Notes under the pieces: model-generated | Databases searched by the model: none | Told to the model about the DNA's origin: nothing | Seen by the model: only the letters and a program-made list of their open reading frames with translations | NCBI GenBank assembly: GCA_011170285.1 | Contig: DUEE01000002.1 | Location: 64,253 to 128,252 of the forward strand | Reading direction: 5' to 3' | From: Dehalococcoidia bacterium | GTDB lineage: Bacteria > Chloroflexota > Dehalococcoidia > Dehalococcoidales > W498 | DNA length: 64,000 nucleotides | Program-made: the position numbers and the translations under genes | In this document: positions 1 through 11,288 of the stretch, piece after piece | Position numbering within the stretch: the first letter of the stretch is position 1 | Layout: each line of letters begins with the position of its first letter

Positions 1-110
1 TGAGGTAAGATTCCCAGTTGACCTTCAATACCTGGGGCAACGACTACATCTACCTCATCAGAGTAAACCACTCCCTCAGCAGTAACAATATCAAGCCTTA
101 TACTAGACAC
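1..110 (-). CDS. atpC: ATP synthase F1 epsilon subunit, N-terminal part (runs off window)
   Basis: Minus-strand frame from GTG at 110 reads [36 protein letters not shown], a typical epsilon N-terminus. Lies directly downstream of atpD. Not in the ORF track because it is truncated. Confidence 0.75.
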   Translation of the reverse strand, partial: MSSIRLDIVTAEGVVYSDEVDVVVAPGIEGQLGILP

Positions 111-121
111 TTACTCGTCAC

Positions 122-1528
<1,407 letters not shown>

Positions 1529-2386
1529 CTACTCCAGAGCCGCAGCGCCGCCAGTAATGTCAAGAAGTTCTTTAGTAATTGCCTCCTGTCTGGCTTTATT
1601 ATACATCAGGGTTAAATCTTGAATTATTTCATTAGCATTGTCAGTGGCATTTCTCATCGCCACCATTCTAGCTGACTGCTCACTGGCAATGGACTCTAAT
1701 ATGGCATGATAAACCTGTATCTCCACAAATCGTGGCAAAAGCTCACCTAACACCACATTAGGGCTTGGTTCATATATATAGTCCACATTTTGCGCTGCGG
1801 GTATTACTGCCGGCTCCACAGGAAGTATCTGCCGCAAAATTGGTCTCTGGAGCATTGTGGAAATAAATTGAGCATAGACTAAATAGACCAAATCTATAAC
1901 ACCATTAGTGTAATCATCAGTAATAATACGGGATATGGGTAAGGTATCAAGTAAGCTTGGTTGGTCACCAAGCCGGGTAAACTCAGCCCGAATATCCCGA
2001 GCATGCCGTCTCATAAAATCAATCCCCTTGCGACCAACCATAATCAGGGTAACCGGCACACTTTGCCCCAATATGAAGCTTGCTGCCTTCCGATTAATAC
2101 TAGAATGAAGCCCGCCACACAAACCGCGGTCAGGGGTGATATGCAATAAAGCGATTTTAGTCAGCGGTCGGTGCTGGAGCAAGGGATGTGACAGCCTACC
2201 TTCCTGAGGTAGAGCAGCTAGGTTGGCTATTACCTGATATATCTTCTCTGAATAAGGTCGCCCCGCCAAGCCTCGCTCCTGCGCCCGCCTCATCTTTGAG
2301 GTGGCAATCATCTCCATAGCCCTGGTAATCTTGGCTGTGCTCTGTATACTACGTATTCGGCGGCGAATTAAGCGAATATTAGCCAT
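1529..2386 (-). CDS. atpG: ATP synthase F1 gamma subunit
   Basis: 285 aa with N-terminal IRRRIRSIQSTAKITRAMEMIA and C-terminal ITKELLDI..GA, both gamma hallmarks. Lies between atpA and atpD. Confidence 0.95.
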   Translation of the reverse strand: MANIRLIRRRIRSIQSTAKITRAMEMIATSKMRRAQERGLAGRPYSEKIYQVIANLAALPQEGRLSHPLLQHRPLTKIALLHITPDRGLCGGLHSSINRKAASFILGQSVPVTLIMVGRKGIDFMRRHARDIRAEFTRLGDQPSLLDTLPISRIITDDYTNGVIDLVYLVYAQFISTMLQRPILRQILPVEPAVIPAAQNVDYIYEPSPNVVLGELLPRFVEIQVYHAILESIASEQSARMVAMRNATDNANEIIQDLTLMYNKARQEAITKELLDITGGAAALE

Positions 2387-2395
2387 TTATTAAGC

Positions 2396-3907
2396 CTAAG
2401 ATGTCATACCTTGTTTAAACTCCGTAATAGCCGTCTTTAAAGACTCGTCAATCTCAGCCGTAATCTCTTTTTCCCTAGCAATAGCCCCGCCTATCTCAGG
2501 GTGATTTGCCTCCATAAACCTATGGAAATCAGTTTCAAAGGCAGTAACTTTATCTACAGCTACATCATCAAGATAACCGTTAATAGCCGCATACAGAATC
2601 ATAACCTGTTTTTCCAATGTCACAGGGACATACTGAGGTTGCTTTAAGATTTCAGTAAGTCGCTGACCACGCTCCAACTGAGCCCTAGTTGCTTTATCCA
2701 GTTCAGTAGTGCCAAATTGAGCAAAGGCAGCTAGCTCCCGATACTGAGCCAACTCCAACCTAAGTCTACCCGCTACTTTCTTCATTGCCTTAGTTTGGGC
2801 GGCACTTCCTACCCGAGATACTGATAAACCAACATTCAATGCTGGTCTGATGCCGGTATTAAACAGGTCTGTTTCCACATAAATCTGACCATCAGTAATA
2901 GAGATAACATTAGTTGGGATATAGGCAGCTAAATCGCCAGCCTGAGTTTCAATAATAGGTAGAGCAGTGAGAGAACCACCGCCATGTTCAGGGTCATACT
3001 TAGCTGCCCTCTCAAGTAAGCGACTATGTAAATAAAAAACATCACCTGGGTAAGCTTCTCGCCCTGGCGGACGACGCAGTAATAACGAAAGTTGCCGGTA
3101 AGCCCAGGCATGCTTGGAAAGGTCATCGTAGACAATTAAAACATCCCTTCCCTCCTCCATAAACTCCTCGCCCATAGCACAACCAGCATAAGGTGCAAGA
3201 TATTGTAACGCAACCGAATCAGAAGCATCAGCAGTAACGACAATAGTATGCTCCATAGCTCCATAGGTTTCTAAACCAGCTACCACTCGTGCTACCTTGG
3301 ATGTTTTCTGCCCAATGGCAACATAGATGCAGATTAAATCACCACCCTTCTGATTGATAATAGTATCAAGAGCAATAGCTGTCTTTCCTGTTGAGCGGTC
3401 ACCAATAATAAGTTCCCTCTGTCCCCGACCTAAAGGAATCATACTATCTATAGCCTTAATCCCCGTTTGCACCGGGGTATCTACCGACTTACGCATCGTA
3501 ACATTGGGGGCAACACGTTCCATAGGTCGAGTCTTATCAGTCTTAATCGTGCCTTTACCATCTAGAGGTCTTCCCTGGGGATTAACTACCCGCCCAATAA
3601 GGGCGTCACCTACAGGCACCTCAGCAATCCGACCTGTGCTCTGCACCTCATCCCCCTCCTTAATCCCACTATAATCACCAAGGATAACGGCAGCCACTGT
3701 ATCTTCCTCCAGGTTCATGGCAATCCCCATAACCTCATTAGGAAACTGAAGTAGCTCATTATACTTAGCCCCAGCCAGTCCATGAATCCGGGCAATACCA
3801 TCACCAACCTCAATCACCGTGCCCACATCCACCATTGTTACTGCCCTACCAAACTGCTCAATCTGTTGCTTCAAGACAGAAACAATATCTTGCCCTCTTA
3901 TTGTCAT
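2396..3907 (-). CDS. atpA: ATP synthase F1 alpha subunit
   Basis: 503 aa with Walker A GDRSTGKT and alpha signature regions. Confidence 0.97.
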   Translation of the reverse strand: MTIRGQDIVSVLKQQIEQFGRAVTMVDVGTVIEVGDGIARIHGLAGAKYNELLQFPNEVMGIAMNLEEDTVAAVILGDYSGIKEGDEVQSTGRIAEVPVGDALIGRVVNPQGRPLDGKGTIKTDKTRPMERVAPNVTMRKSVDTPVQTGIKAIDSMIPLGRGQRELIIGDRSTGKTAIALDTIINQKGGDLICIYVAIGQKTSKVARVVAGLETYGAMEHTIVVTADASDSVALQYLAPYAGCAMGEEFMEEGRDVLIVYDDLSKHAWAYRQLSLLLRRPPGREAYPGDVFYLHSRLLERAAKYDPEHGGGSLTALPIIETQAGDLAAYIPTNVISITDGQIYVETDLFNTGIRPALNVGLSVSRVGSAAQTKAMKKVAGRLRLELAQYRELAAFAQFGTTELDKATRAQLERGQRLTEILKQPQYVPVTLEKQVMILYAAINGYLDDVAVDKVTAFETDFHRFMEANHPEIGGAIAREKEITAEIDESLKTAITEFKQGMTS

Positions 3908-3929
3908 CTAAGTTACCTCCCTCCAGCTT

Positions 3930-4472
3930 CTATCTCTTACTTACCCCAGCCAACTCCTCCTTTAAAGCTGTTAATTTACTGAGAGTACTGCCGTCTAGTA
4001 GCTTGCCACCAACCCTGGCTACAATCCCGCCGATTAAGCTGGAATCTACTTTGAGCTTAAGCACTACCTTCTTACCGACTACAGCACTAAGACGCTCTGC
4101 CAATCTAATCTTATCTTCATCATCAAGGGGAATGGCAGTAGCAACCACAACCCGCTCTATACCACGGTAGCTATCCAAAAGACACTGATATTCGTCAGCA
4201 ATATCACTTACCATAGCTAGTCTACCCCTACTTACTAGCAAATAAACCAGGTTTAGCGCTAGAGGCTTTATGTCACTTAATCGTTCAGATAGCAGCCTGG
4301 TTTTAGTATCAAAATGAAACTTGGGACTCTCAAGGACAGCAATAAATACGGTATCATCAGCCAGGCTGGCAATCTTTCTCAGGTCAGACTGCCATCTATC
4401 TAATTCATTTGTCTCTAGGGCAATATTAAACACTGCCTGTGAATAACGCCTAGCATAAACTCCTCTGGTCAC
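3930..4472 (-). CDS. atpH: ATP synthase F1 delta (OSCP) subunit
   Basis: 180 aa in the position between atpF and atpA, with an OSCP-like C-terminus (GGIVARVGGKLLDGS). Confidence 0.85.
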   Translation of the reverse strand: MTRGVYARRYSQAVFNIALETNELDRWQSDLRKIASLADDTVFIAVLESPKFHFDTKTRLLSERLSDIKPLALNLVYLLVSRGRLAMVSDIADEYQCLLDSYRGIERVVVATAIPLDDEDKIRLAERLSAVVGKKVVLKLKVDSSLIGGIVARVGGKLLDGSTLSKLTALKEELAGVSKR

Positions 4473-4495
4473 GCTAACTCCCTTAATTAAGTAGG

Positions 4496-5005
4496 CTAGC
4501 CCTTCTTCGGAGGTGTGCTCTCCTCCAACACCTTGTCAATAATCTCACGGTGGGCTTCCTTATCTAAAGACCGGTCAATCACCTTCCCTGCCGCCAGTAT
4601 GGTTAGGTCAGCAAACTCCTTACGCAACTCATCAATCGCCTCATCCCGCTCTCGCTGAATTTCCATACGCGCTCTAGTGATAAGGGATTCGGTATCCTGT
4701 CTAGCTTCTTGCTCTGCCTTTTGTCTAACTTCTCCCCCTGTCCTTACTGCTCGGTCTATTACTTCTTGCCCTTCTTTACTAGCTGTCTCCAGCCGCTTTT
4801 TAACCTCCTCCTCAGCCCGGGCTGCCTGCTCCTTAATATATTCAGTCTGCTCCATACTATCCTTAACCTTCTTGGAGCGCTCATCAAGCATTCTCATCAG
4901 GGGCTTATAAGCCACCAGATACAGAAGCCCAAACAGCACAGCAAAATTTATAACCTGAGCCAGCAGTGTCGGCAGATTTATACCAAGACTAGCCAGACCT
5001 CCCAT
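4496..5005 (-). CDS. atpF: ATP synthase Fo subunit b
   Basis: 169 aa with one N-terminal TM helix followed by a long charged helix, at the expected operon position. Confidence 0.85.
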   Translation of the reverse strand: MGGLASLGINLPTLLAQVINFAVLFGLLYLVAYKPLMRMLDERSKKVKDSMEQTEYIKEQAARAEEEVKKRLETASKEGQEVIDRAVRTGGEVRQKAEQEARQDTESLITRARMEIQRERDEAIDELRKEFADLTILAAGKVIDRSLDKEAHREIIDKVLEESTPPKKG

Positions 5006-5152
5006 TATGCACCCCCTTCACTGCATTATGATGCGAAAAACATCGCCGCAATTATGATTCCAACAAAAAACATTGTGCCCACAATTGCTGCTGAAAAAAT
5101 GACGGCTATAGACATAGGTATTCCATTCTGTCCCATGATAACCCCCTTTTTG

Positions 5153-5383
5153 CTATACAATCATAGCCAAGATAATAGCTATAATCAAGACATAAATCCC
5201 GATAGCCTCGGCGAAAGCGGTAACTAATATCATATTGGTCATTATTGGACCACTCGCCTCAGGGTTACGCCCTATTGACTGCAATGCTGAGTAGCCAATA
5301 AGTCCAATAGCCATCGCTGGCCCTAACATTCCCAGACCAGCCGCTATCCCCACTGCCAACATCTTCATTACTTCTGGTGTCAT
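5153..5383 (-). CDS. atpE: ATP synthase Fo subunit c
   Basis: 76 aa two-helix hairpin with a GxGxGxG-rich helix 1 and the carboxylate in FAEAIGIY. Confidence 0.9.
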   Translation of the reverse strand: MTPEVMKMLAVGIAAGLGMLGPAMAIGLIGYSALQSIGRNPEASGPIMTNMILVTAFAEAIGIYVLIIAIILAMIV

Positions 5384-5415
5384 TTCTACCTCCCTTTTAT
5401 AAATTTTACCCTATC

Positions 5416-6375
5416 TTAAGTCGCCTCTGCGCTATGAGAAGCCACTGCAAGTGTAAGAAACACTAGTGTTAACCCACCAAAGATAAGAGCCTGGACGAAG
5501 CCGACAAGCAACTCCAGCCCATAAAACGGTAACGCAAATACCCACGGGATGAGAAAAGCGGCTATTAATATCAGTATTTCACCAGCCGTCATATTGCCAA
5601 AGAGACGGAAGGTGAAGCTAACGATACGCACCAGTTCACTTAATCCTTCCAGAAGACCAACAAAAATATGAATAAACCCAGTCATTAATCCGCCTAACCC
5701 AGCACGAACCTTTCCCTTAAATATCTTACCAACACTGTTAATAAACTGCCCTACATTGAAAAATTTTCCAAGGTAGCGAATCCCGAGTGACTTGAAACCA
5801 AAGTATTCAACAAAGACAAAGGACATCAGCGCTATAGCCAAGGGCATATTAATATCAGTATTGGCTGCCCGAATCAGATGCGCCTCGCCTTCGGCTGTAG
5901 TAACAGTTATTGAGCCAAAACCAGGCAACAAACCAAACCAAGCATTAAAGGCAACAAAGAGAAAGATAGTTGCCACTACCGGAAAGAACCGACGCCCATT
6001 TTTCTCACCGGCAACATTCTGACAAAATCTAAGCAGCGCTCCGAGAGCAAATTCCAATACACTTTGTAACTTCCCTGGGATAAGCTTCAACCTCCGAGTA
6101 ACGGCATAGGAAAATCCCACTAACAAAATAATAGTAATCCAAGCACCAATAATGCTGTTAGTTATGGGAAAACCAAATAAGTGAAAAACCACCTCAGGGG
6201 GAAGTTGGGGATCCGGTTGAGGAATACTAAGCCAGCTAGGTAATCCCAAATCACCAATCATGCTCTTGCCCAATGGACCGCTAACAAAGGCAACTACAAA
6301 GAGAGTAAGGAAGACAACTAAAATCCCAATTATAAGAGGGAATGAACAACCTAGACAACCCCGCCGTTTAGGCAC
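5416..6375 (-). CDS. atpB: ATP synthase Fo subunit a
   Basis: 319 aa polytopic membrane protein carrying the conserved Arg region (FTFRLFGNMTAGE). Confidence 0.9.
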   Translation of the reverse strand: MPKRRGCLGCSFPLIIGILVVFLTLFVVAFVSGPLGKSMIGDLGLPSWLSIPQPDPQLPPEVVFHLFGFPITNSIIGAWITIILLVGFSYAVTRRLKLIPGKLQSVLEFALGALLRFCQNVAGEKNGRRFFPVVATIFLFVAFNAWFGLLPGFGSITVTTAEGEAHLIRAANTDINMPLAIALMSFVFVEYFGFKSLGIRYLGKFFNVGQFINSVGKIFKGKVRAGLGGLMTGFIHIFVGLLEGLSELVRIVSFTFRLFGNMTAGEILILIAAFLIPWVFALPFYGLELLVGFVQALIFGGLTLVFLTLAVASHSAEAT

Positions 6376-6632
6376 TAGCTATTCTCCTTATCTCCCTTAT
6401 TTCTCAGGATGGGCAGAAGCATTTGATAGACGCCATAAAAAGCAACAGCAATTCCGATAAACAGCCCTACTATTACCCAAATAGGCTCAGTATGGAATCT
6501 TCTATCCAACCACAAGCCAGCAAAAACACCACCGAGAATTGAACCGCCAATAAAAAACCCCACCCCTACCAGCCTCATTGCCGCTACCCACCTACTCATA
6601 CCAGCCTCAATATTCCTAACCGCAGGTAGCAT
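6375..6632 (-). CDS. AtpZ/AtpI-like small membrane protein at the head of the atp operon
   Basis: 85 aa with two TM helices and a GLWLDRRF motif. Its end overlaps the atpB start by 1 nt. Confidence 0.65.
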   Translation of the reverse strand: MLPAVRNIEAGMSRWVAAMRLVGVGFFIGGSILGGVFAGLWLDRRFHTEPIWVIVGLFIGIAVAFYGVYQMLLPILRNKGDKENS

Positions 6633-6698
6633 ATCAAATCTGTCCGTCCTGGGTCAAGGTCATCTTGCGAGGCTATTTATTAACCCTTTTTGGTCATT

Positions 6699-6729
6699 AA
6701 AAAGCCCAGACCTTTTTCAATCTAGGGCT
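6699..6729 (-). terminator. Candidate rho-independent terminator after the 6774-7109 gene
   Basis: Minus-strand stem GCCCTAGA/TCTGGGC (imperfect) followed by a U5 run (A-run 6699-6703 on the plus strand). Confidence 0.45.
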
Positions 6730-6773
6730 CTTTACTATCTTAAGAAGAATAATCGCGTCCAATTCTCATTCCG

Positions 6774-7109
6774 TCAAGCCTGCTTCTGGTTAAAAATCCG
6801 AGTAAAGTTTCCATCAAAGCCTTTCAAGAAGTTGTGCATATCCAGCACCTCATCAGCGGTTAGTCCCTCTATTTTCCTAAATTTATCCAGTTCTGCCTCA
6901 GTAAGATCAGTAATAATCTCAGGCATCTTGCCATCCTTAATTACTGCCGCCGCTAAATACTGAGTCTGACAAGCTACACACACCACCCTTAAGAACCACA
7001 AGTTTTCCTCATGCCCAAGGATTTCAATATTATCTATCTCATATTGCTGTCCACAAACACCACACTTAATTGAAGCCATCAGCTTTTTAATGAGTTTCTC
7101 TTCCACCAA
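6774..7109 (-). CDS. Hypothetical zinc-ribbon protein
   Basis: 111 aa with CGVCG...CVAC (two CxxC pairs). No recognisable enzymatic motif. Confidence 0.6.
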   Translation of the reverse strand: MVEEKLIKKLMASIKCGVCGQQYEIDNIEILGHEENLWFLRVVCVACQTQYLAAAVIKDGKMPEIITDLTEAELDKFRKIEGLTADEVLDMHNFLKGFDGNFTRIFNQKQA

Positions 7110-7120
7110 TTCAGCCTCTA

Positions 7121-7663
7121 TTATGATTTATGCTTATCAAAGTCCTCCAAATCAAGGGTGTTAATGAAATCATAGAAAGCCGACATCTTCTTCAAATCTT
7201 CCTCACTAACGTCCTTTCCCTCAGACCCTTCACTTTCTTGAGCAACAGGTTTACCTGTCTCCTTATCTAGCAGGATACCTGCCTTGTCTAAAACAATCTC
7301 TTCAGCATAAATAGGTGTCTCAACCCTTACCGCAAGGGCAAGAGCATCACTAGGACGAGAATCAACCTCCATTTGCTCACCGCCTACATTAAGAATAATC
7401 TTGGCATAAAATGTATCACTTTTAAGGTCGCTGACGATTATAGAGTTGACCGTAGCTCCTAAAGCATCGATCATTATGCGCAACAAATCATGAGTTAATG
7501 GTCTGGGCACAGCAACACCCTGGAGCTTTACAGCTATGGCATCTGCCTCAGCCGGACCAATCCAAATAGGCAGATAGCGCTCTGACAGCTTCTCTTTCAA
7601 AATCACCACCCGCTGATAATTCATCAGACTAACTCGGATGCTGTCAATAGTCATCTCAATCAT
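7121..7663 (-). CDS. Bifunctional nuclease family (DUF151-like) protein
   Basis: 180 aa. The motifs RVVILKEK..LPIWIGPAEADAIA...RPLTHDL..DSRPSDALALAVR match the BFN/DUF151 pattern. Confidence 0.8.
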   Translation of the reverse strand: MIEMTIDSIRVSLMNYQRVVILKEKLSERYLPIWIGPAEADAIAVKLQGVAVPRPLTHDLLRIMIDALGATVNSIIVSDLKSDTFYAKIILNVGGEQMEVDSRPSDALALAVRVETPIYAEEIVLDKAGILLDKETGKPVAQESEGSEGKDVSEEDLKKMSAFYDFINTLDLEDFDKHKS

Positions 7664-7796
7664 AATTAAACCTCCTCTATTTCGTCGGCAACATATTCAG
7701 ATTTTACCCCACATCACCCCCACTGTCAACTAGAAATAATGGGAGAACTAGTCATCCAACCTACTCTTCTCAGCATTTAGCTAAATTGCCTCATTA

Positions 7797-7805
7797 TGGT
7801 ATAAT
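7797..7805 (+). promoter_or_regulatory. Candidate extended -10 element (TGgTATAAT) upstream of ppsA
   Basis: TGGTATAAT lies about 50 nt upstream of the ppsA ATG. The -35 element is weak (TTAGCT at 17-nt spacing). Confidence 0.35.
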
Positions 7806-7853
7806 ATTAACAAGTGATACCTTACAAATTTCCAATTAAGAGGAGAGTTAACT

Positions 7854-10118
7854 ATGGCTGAAGGCAAGGCTATTGTCTGGTTTAATGAGGTCACCAAAAA
7901 AGACATACCCCTGGTTGGTGGTAAAGGAGCAAATCTAGGTGAAATGACCAACACCCAAATACCCGTTCCCCCAGGCTTCATAATAACCGCTAATGCCTAC
8001 TATGACTTTCTACAAAAGTCCAAGGTTACCAATAAAATTCGTAATCTACTAAAACCACTGGACTACAACAATAGTAAACAATTGCAACGGGTGGCTGAGG
8101 AAATCAATCAATTAATTCTAATCGCCCAAATACCGCCAGTATTATCTGAAGAGATTAAGCAAGCTTATATAAAAATGGGTGGAGGCTTGGTTGCGGTTCG
8201 CTCCTCATCTACTGCTGAGGACCTGCCTGAAGCTTCCTTTGCGGGGCAGCAAAGCACATTCCTTAATGTCCAGGGTGAGAAAGAGGTGATAACTGCTGTT
8301 CAGAAGTGCTGGGCATCCCTATTTAAACCGCGGGCTATCTTCTACAGGCATCAACAGGGTTTTGACCACCTCAAAGTTGGTATTGCTGTCCCAATTCAGA
8401 AAATGGTACAGTCTCAGGCTTCTGGAGTCATGTTTACTATAGAACCGATGACTAGCGACAAAAGTAAGATTATTATTGAGGCTATCTATGGGCTTGGTGA
8501 AGCCATGGTCTCAGGAGAAGTAATCCCTGACCTCTATACTATAGATAAGGAAGTATTAAAAATTAGCGATAAGATGATTGGCAGACAGGAGTGGCAACTG
8601 ATTAGGAATCTAGCCGACGGTGACGGCGACACCAATATTAAAGTTCCGCTCCAACCTTCAAGGCAAACTCATCAAAAGTTGGCTGATGAAGACATAATTA
8701 GCCTGGCTAATCTGGGAAAATACATTGAGTATTTATACCAATTCCCCCAAGATATTGAATGGGCGCAAGAAGATAAGAAAATATTTATCGTCCAAACTCG
8801 CCCGGTAACTACTATTAAGGCAGAGGCTATGGCTGAGGTCATCCCTGAAATCAATGCCACTGTGCTTCTATCTGGGGTGCCGGCCAGCCCGGGTATGGCA
8901 TCAGGTCCAGTCAGGATAGTATACGATGCCTCTGAAATAGATAAGGTGGAAAGCGGTGACATTCTGGTTTCTGAAATGACTACCCCTGACTTTGTGCCAG
9001 CTATGAAGCGGGCAGTGGCTATTGTGACTGAGCGTGGGGGAAGAACCTCGCATGCCGCTATTGTGAGCCGAGAGCTAGGTGTCCCCTGTATTGTCGGCGC
9101 AGAGCGAGCGTTAGCTATCCTGACCAATAGGCAGGTAATCACCGTAGACGGCTCACAGGGCAAGATATATGATGATAGAGTGGCTGAGAAAATATCTACT
9201 ACCTCTACTCCTAGAAAGAAAATTAAGACCAGGACTAAGCTTTATGTAAATCTGGCTCAGCCTGAGCTGGCTAGCAGGGTGGCGGCTTATGATGTAGATG
9301 GTGTGGGCTTACTCCGAGCCGAGTTCATGATTTCTCAGATTGGTGAGCACCCCCGCTATATGATTAGCCATAATAGAGGCAATGATTTTGTAAACAAGCT
9401 CGCCGATGGTATAAATACCTTTGCCAAATCCTTCAACCCACGCCCGGTAGTTTACCGAACCACTGACTTTAAGACCAATGAGTATCGGGAACTCACTGGC
9501 GGTCAGGAGTATGAAGACATTGAGGAAAATCCTATGCTTGGTTATAGAGGGTGTTCTCGTTACATCAGAGACCTTGATGTGTTTAAGTTGGAGATAGAAG
9601 CCATAAAGAGAGTGAGGCAGGATTACAAGAATCTGTGGGTTATGATTCCCTTTGTCCGCACTATTGAAGAAATGGCTAAAACAAAGGACTTCTTGGAGTC
9701 TCAAGGGCTAAAGCGTTCCGCTGACTTCAAACTGTGGATGATGGTTGAGGTCCCGTCTAACATCTTTCTTATGGAGAAATTCCTTGAGATTGGCATTGAT
9801 GGCATATCTATCGGCTCAAACGACCTAACACAGCTTATCCTGGGCATTGATAGGGATAGCGAAAAGCTAGCCGAGACATTTGACGAACGAAACGAAGCTG
9901 TACTTATAGCTCTGGAAAGGGCTATCAAAGTAGCTAAAAGTATGGGTGTTACCTGCTCTATCTGTGGGCAGGCACCATCGGTATACCCCGAGCTTACTGT
10001 AAAACTGGTGGACTGGGGTATTACTTCAGTTTCAGTAAGCCCTGATATGATTGACAAAACCAGGGATATAATTGCCGAGGCAGAAGAGAGATTGAAGCCT
10101 AGTGATCAGTCAGCTTAA
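7854..10118 (+). CDS. ppsA: Phosphoenolpyruvate synthase (pyruvate, water dikinase)
   Basis: 754 aa with an N-terminal PPDK_N ATP-grasp, the phospho-His swivel GGRTSHAAIVSRELGVPCIVG and a C-terminal PEP-utilising TIM domain (ISIGSNDLTQL). Confidence 0.9.
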   Translation: MAEGKAIVWFNEVTKKDIPLVGGKGANLGEMTNTQIPVPPGFIITANAYYDFLQKSKVTNKIRNLLKPLDYNNSKQLQRVAEEINQLILIAQIPPVLSEEIKQAYIKMGGGLVAVRSSSTAEDLPEASFAGQQSTFLNVQGEKEVITAVQKCWASLFKPRAIFYRHQQGFDHLKVGIAVPIQKMVQSQASGVMFTIEPMTSDKSKIIIEAIYGLGEAMVSGEVIPDLYTIDKEVLKISDKMIGRQEWQLIRNLADGDGDTNIKVPLQPSRQTHQKLADEDIISLANLGKYIEYLYQFPQDIEWAQEDKKIFIVQTRPVTTIKAEAMAEVIPEINATVLLSGVPASPGMASGPVRIVYDASEIDKVESGDILVSEMTTPDFVPAMKRAVAIVTERGGRTSHAAIVSRELGVPCIVGAERALAILTNRQVITVDGSQGKIYDDRVAEKISTTSTPRKKIKTRTKLYVNLAQPELASRVAAYDVDGVGLLRAEFMISQIGEHPRYMISHNRGNDFVNKLADGINTFAKSFNPRPVVYRTTDFKTNEYRELTGGQEYEDIEENPMLGYRGCSRYIRDLDVFKLEIEAIKRVRQDYKNLWVMIPFVRTIEEMAKTKDFLESQGLKRSADFKLWMMVEVPSNIFLMEKFLEIGIDGISIGSNDLTQLILGIDRDSEKLAETFDERNEAVLIALERAIKVAKSMGVTCSICGQAPSVYPELTVKLVDWGITSVSVSPDMIDKTRDIIAEAEERLKPSDQSA

Positions 10119-11157
10119 CATTCGTCAAATAATTGAAAACAAGGAAGAAAGCCTTTCTCCTTACGCGGTTAGAAGTAAGCTGTCACAGGGTAGGCTCAAG
10201 TCAGAAGAGCCCTGCCTAGTACGTACTGCATTCCAGCGTGACCGAGACCGCATTATCCATTCCAAGTCTTTCCGCCGCCTTAAACATAAGACACAGGTTT
10301 TCATTGCTCCCTTAGGGGACCATTATGTTACCCGGCTCACTCATACCTTGGAGGTTTCTCAAATAGCTCGAACCATAAGCCGTGCCCTAAACCTTAATGA
10401 GGATTTGACTGAGGCAATTGCCCTGGGTCATGACTTAGGTCATACCCCTTTCGGTCATACCGGTGAGGATGTTCTAAATGAGCTCTGTCATCAGGGATTT
10501 AGGCATAATGAGCAAAGCCTGCGAGTCGTTGACCTTTTAGAAAATAATGGTCAGGGTCTCAATCTTAACTGGGAAGTGAGAGACGGAATTGTTAATCACT
10601 CCAAGACAAGGGCAGATGTATTGGGACAAGGCTGGGGAAAGGTAGGCACGCTTGAGGGTGAAGTATGTAAGATTGCCGATATTGTTGCTTATATCAACCA
10701 TGATATTGGGGATGCCATAAGAGCTGGTGTCATCACCGAGGATGCTCTACCTCATTCAACCATTATTGTGTTAGGTCATTGTCACCGAGAACGCGTCAAT
10801 AGTATGGTCTGCGATATTATCAACTACTCTTGGGCAGCAAGGGGTGATGATACTAAACACCGGCCCATCATAGGTATGACTTCCCGGATTTTAGAGGCAA
10901 CTAATACCTTGCGTGAATTTCTTTTTGACCAAGTATATAATGTGCGCGCTACCTTAGCTGAAACAGAAAAGGCGAGAGAGGTAATTCGCCTATTATATAA
11001 ATACTTCAATGAGCATGAAGACAGACTACCACCAGAGTATAGTTATTACAGTGATGACACGGAACGGAGAGTAGTGGATTACATAGCCGGTATGACTGAC
11101 CAATACGCCCTAAGGACTGCTGAAGAGCTGTCGCTAATCAAAGGCAGAGCTAAATAA
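10102..11157 (+). CDS. dgt: dGTP triphosphohydrolase-like HD-domain protein
   Basis: 351 aa with HD motifs THTLEVSQIAR and GHDLGHTPFGH and a C-terminal DYIAGMTD. GTG start overlaps the ppsA end by 17 nt. Confidence 0.85.
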   Translation: MISQLNIRQIIENKEESLSPYAVRSKLSQGRLKSEEPCLVRTAFQRDRDRIIHSKSFRRLKHKTQVFIAPLGDHYVTRLTHTLEVSQIARTISRALNLNEDLTEAIALGHDLGHTPFGHTGEDVLNELCHQGFRHNEQSLRVVDLLENNGQGLNLNWEVRDGIVNHSKTRADVLGQGWGKVGTLEGEVCKIADIVAYINHDIGDAIRAGVITEDALPHSTIIVLGHCHRERVNSMVCDIINYSWAARGDDTKHRPIIGMTSRILEATNTLREFLFDQVYNVRATLAETEKAREVIRLLYKYFNEHEDRLPPEYSYYSDDTERRVVDYIAGMTDQYALRTAEELSLIKGRAK

Positions 11158-11179
11158 GAAAGTTATTAAAGGGTAGATT

Positions 11180-11276
11180 GAAGGGGCTTCGCCCCTTCAT
11201 AACCAATCCTTTCCTCTCTCCTCTAAAGGAGAGGTCAGAGACTCGACTCGGAGAGGGGATAACGGGGAATAGGTAG
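11180..11276 (+). repeat. Composite intergenic repeat 'B' copy 1 (GC hairpin plus CCTCT..AAGGAGAGG palindrome plus GGGGAATAGGTAG tail)
   Basis: Contains the hairpin GAAGGGGCttcGCCCCTTC, then CCTCTCTCCTCTAAAGGAGAGG...GGAGAGGGGATAACGGGGAATAGGTAG. Related copies lie at 15521-15595 and, inverted, at 63696-63776. Confidence 0.7.
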
Positions 11277-11288
11277 CATAAAACTAAT

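Noticed and set aside
8672-10057. Minus-strand ORFs inside ppsA (8672-9163, 9309-9704, 9701-10057)
   Set aside because: They are antisense to a strongly supported conserved gene and have no independent signals. The same reasoning applies to other internal antisense ORFs: in atpA/atpD/atpB, in uvrA (19750-21596), in sbcC, pepA, fabF and pilT, and at 44373-45497 and 53099-53841.
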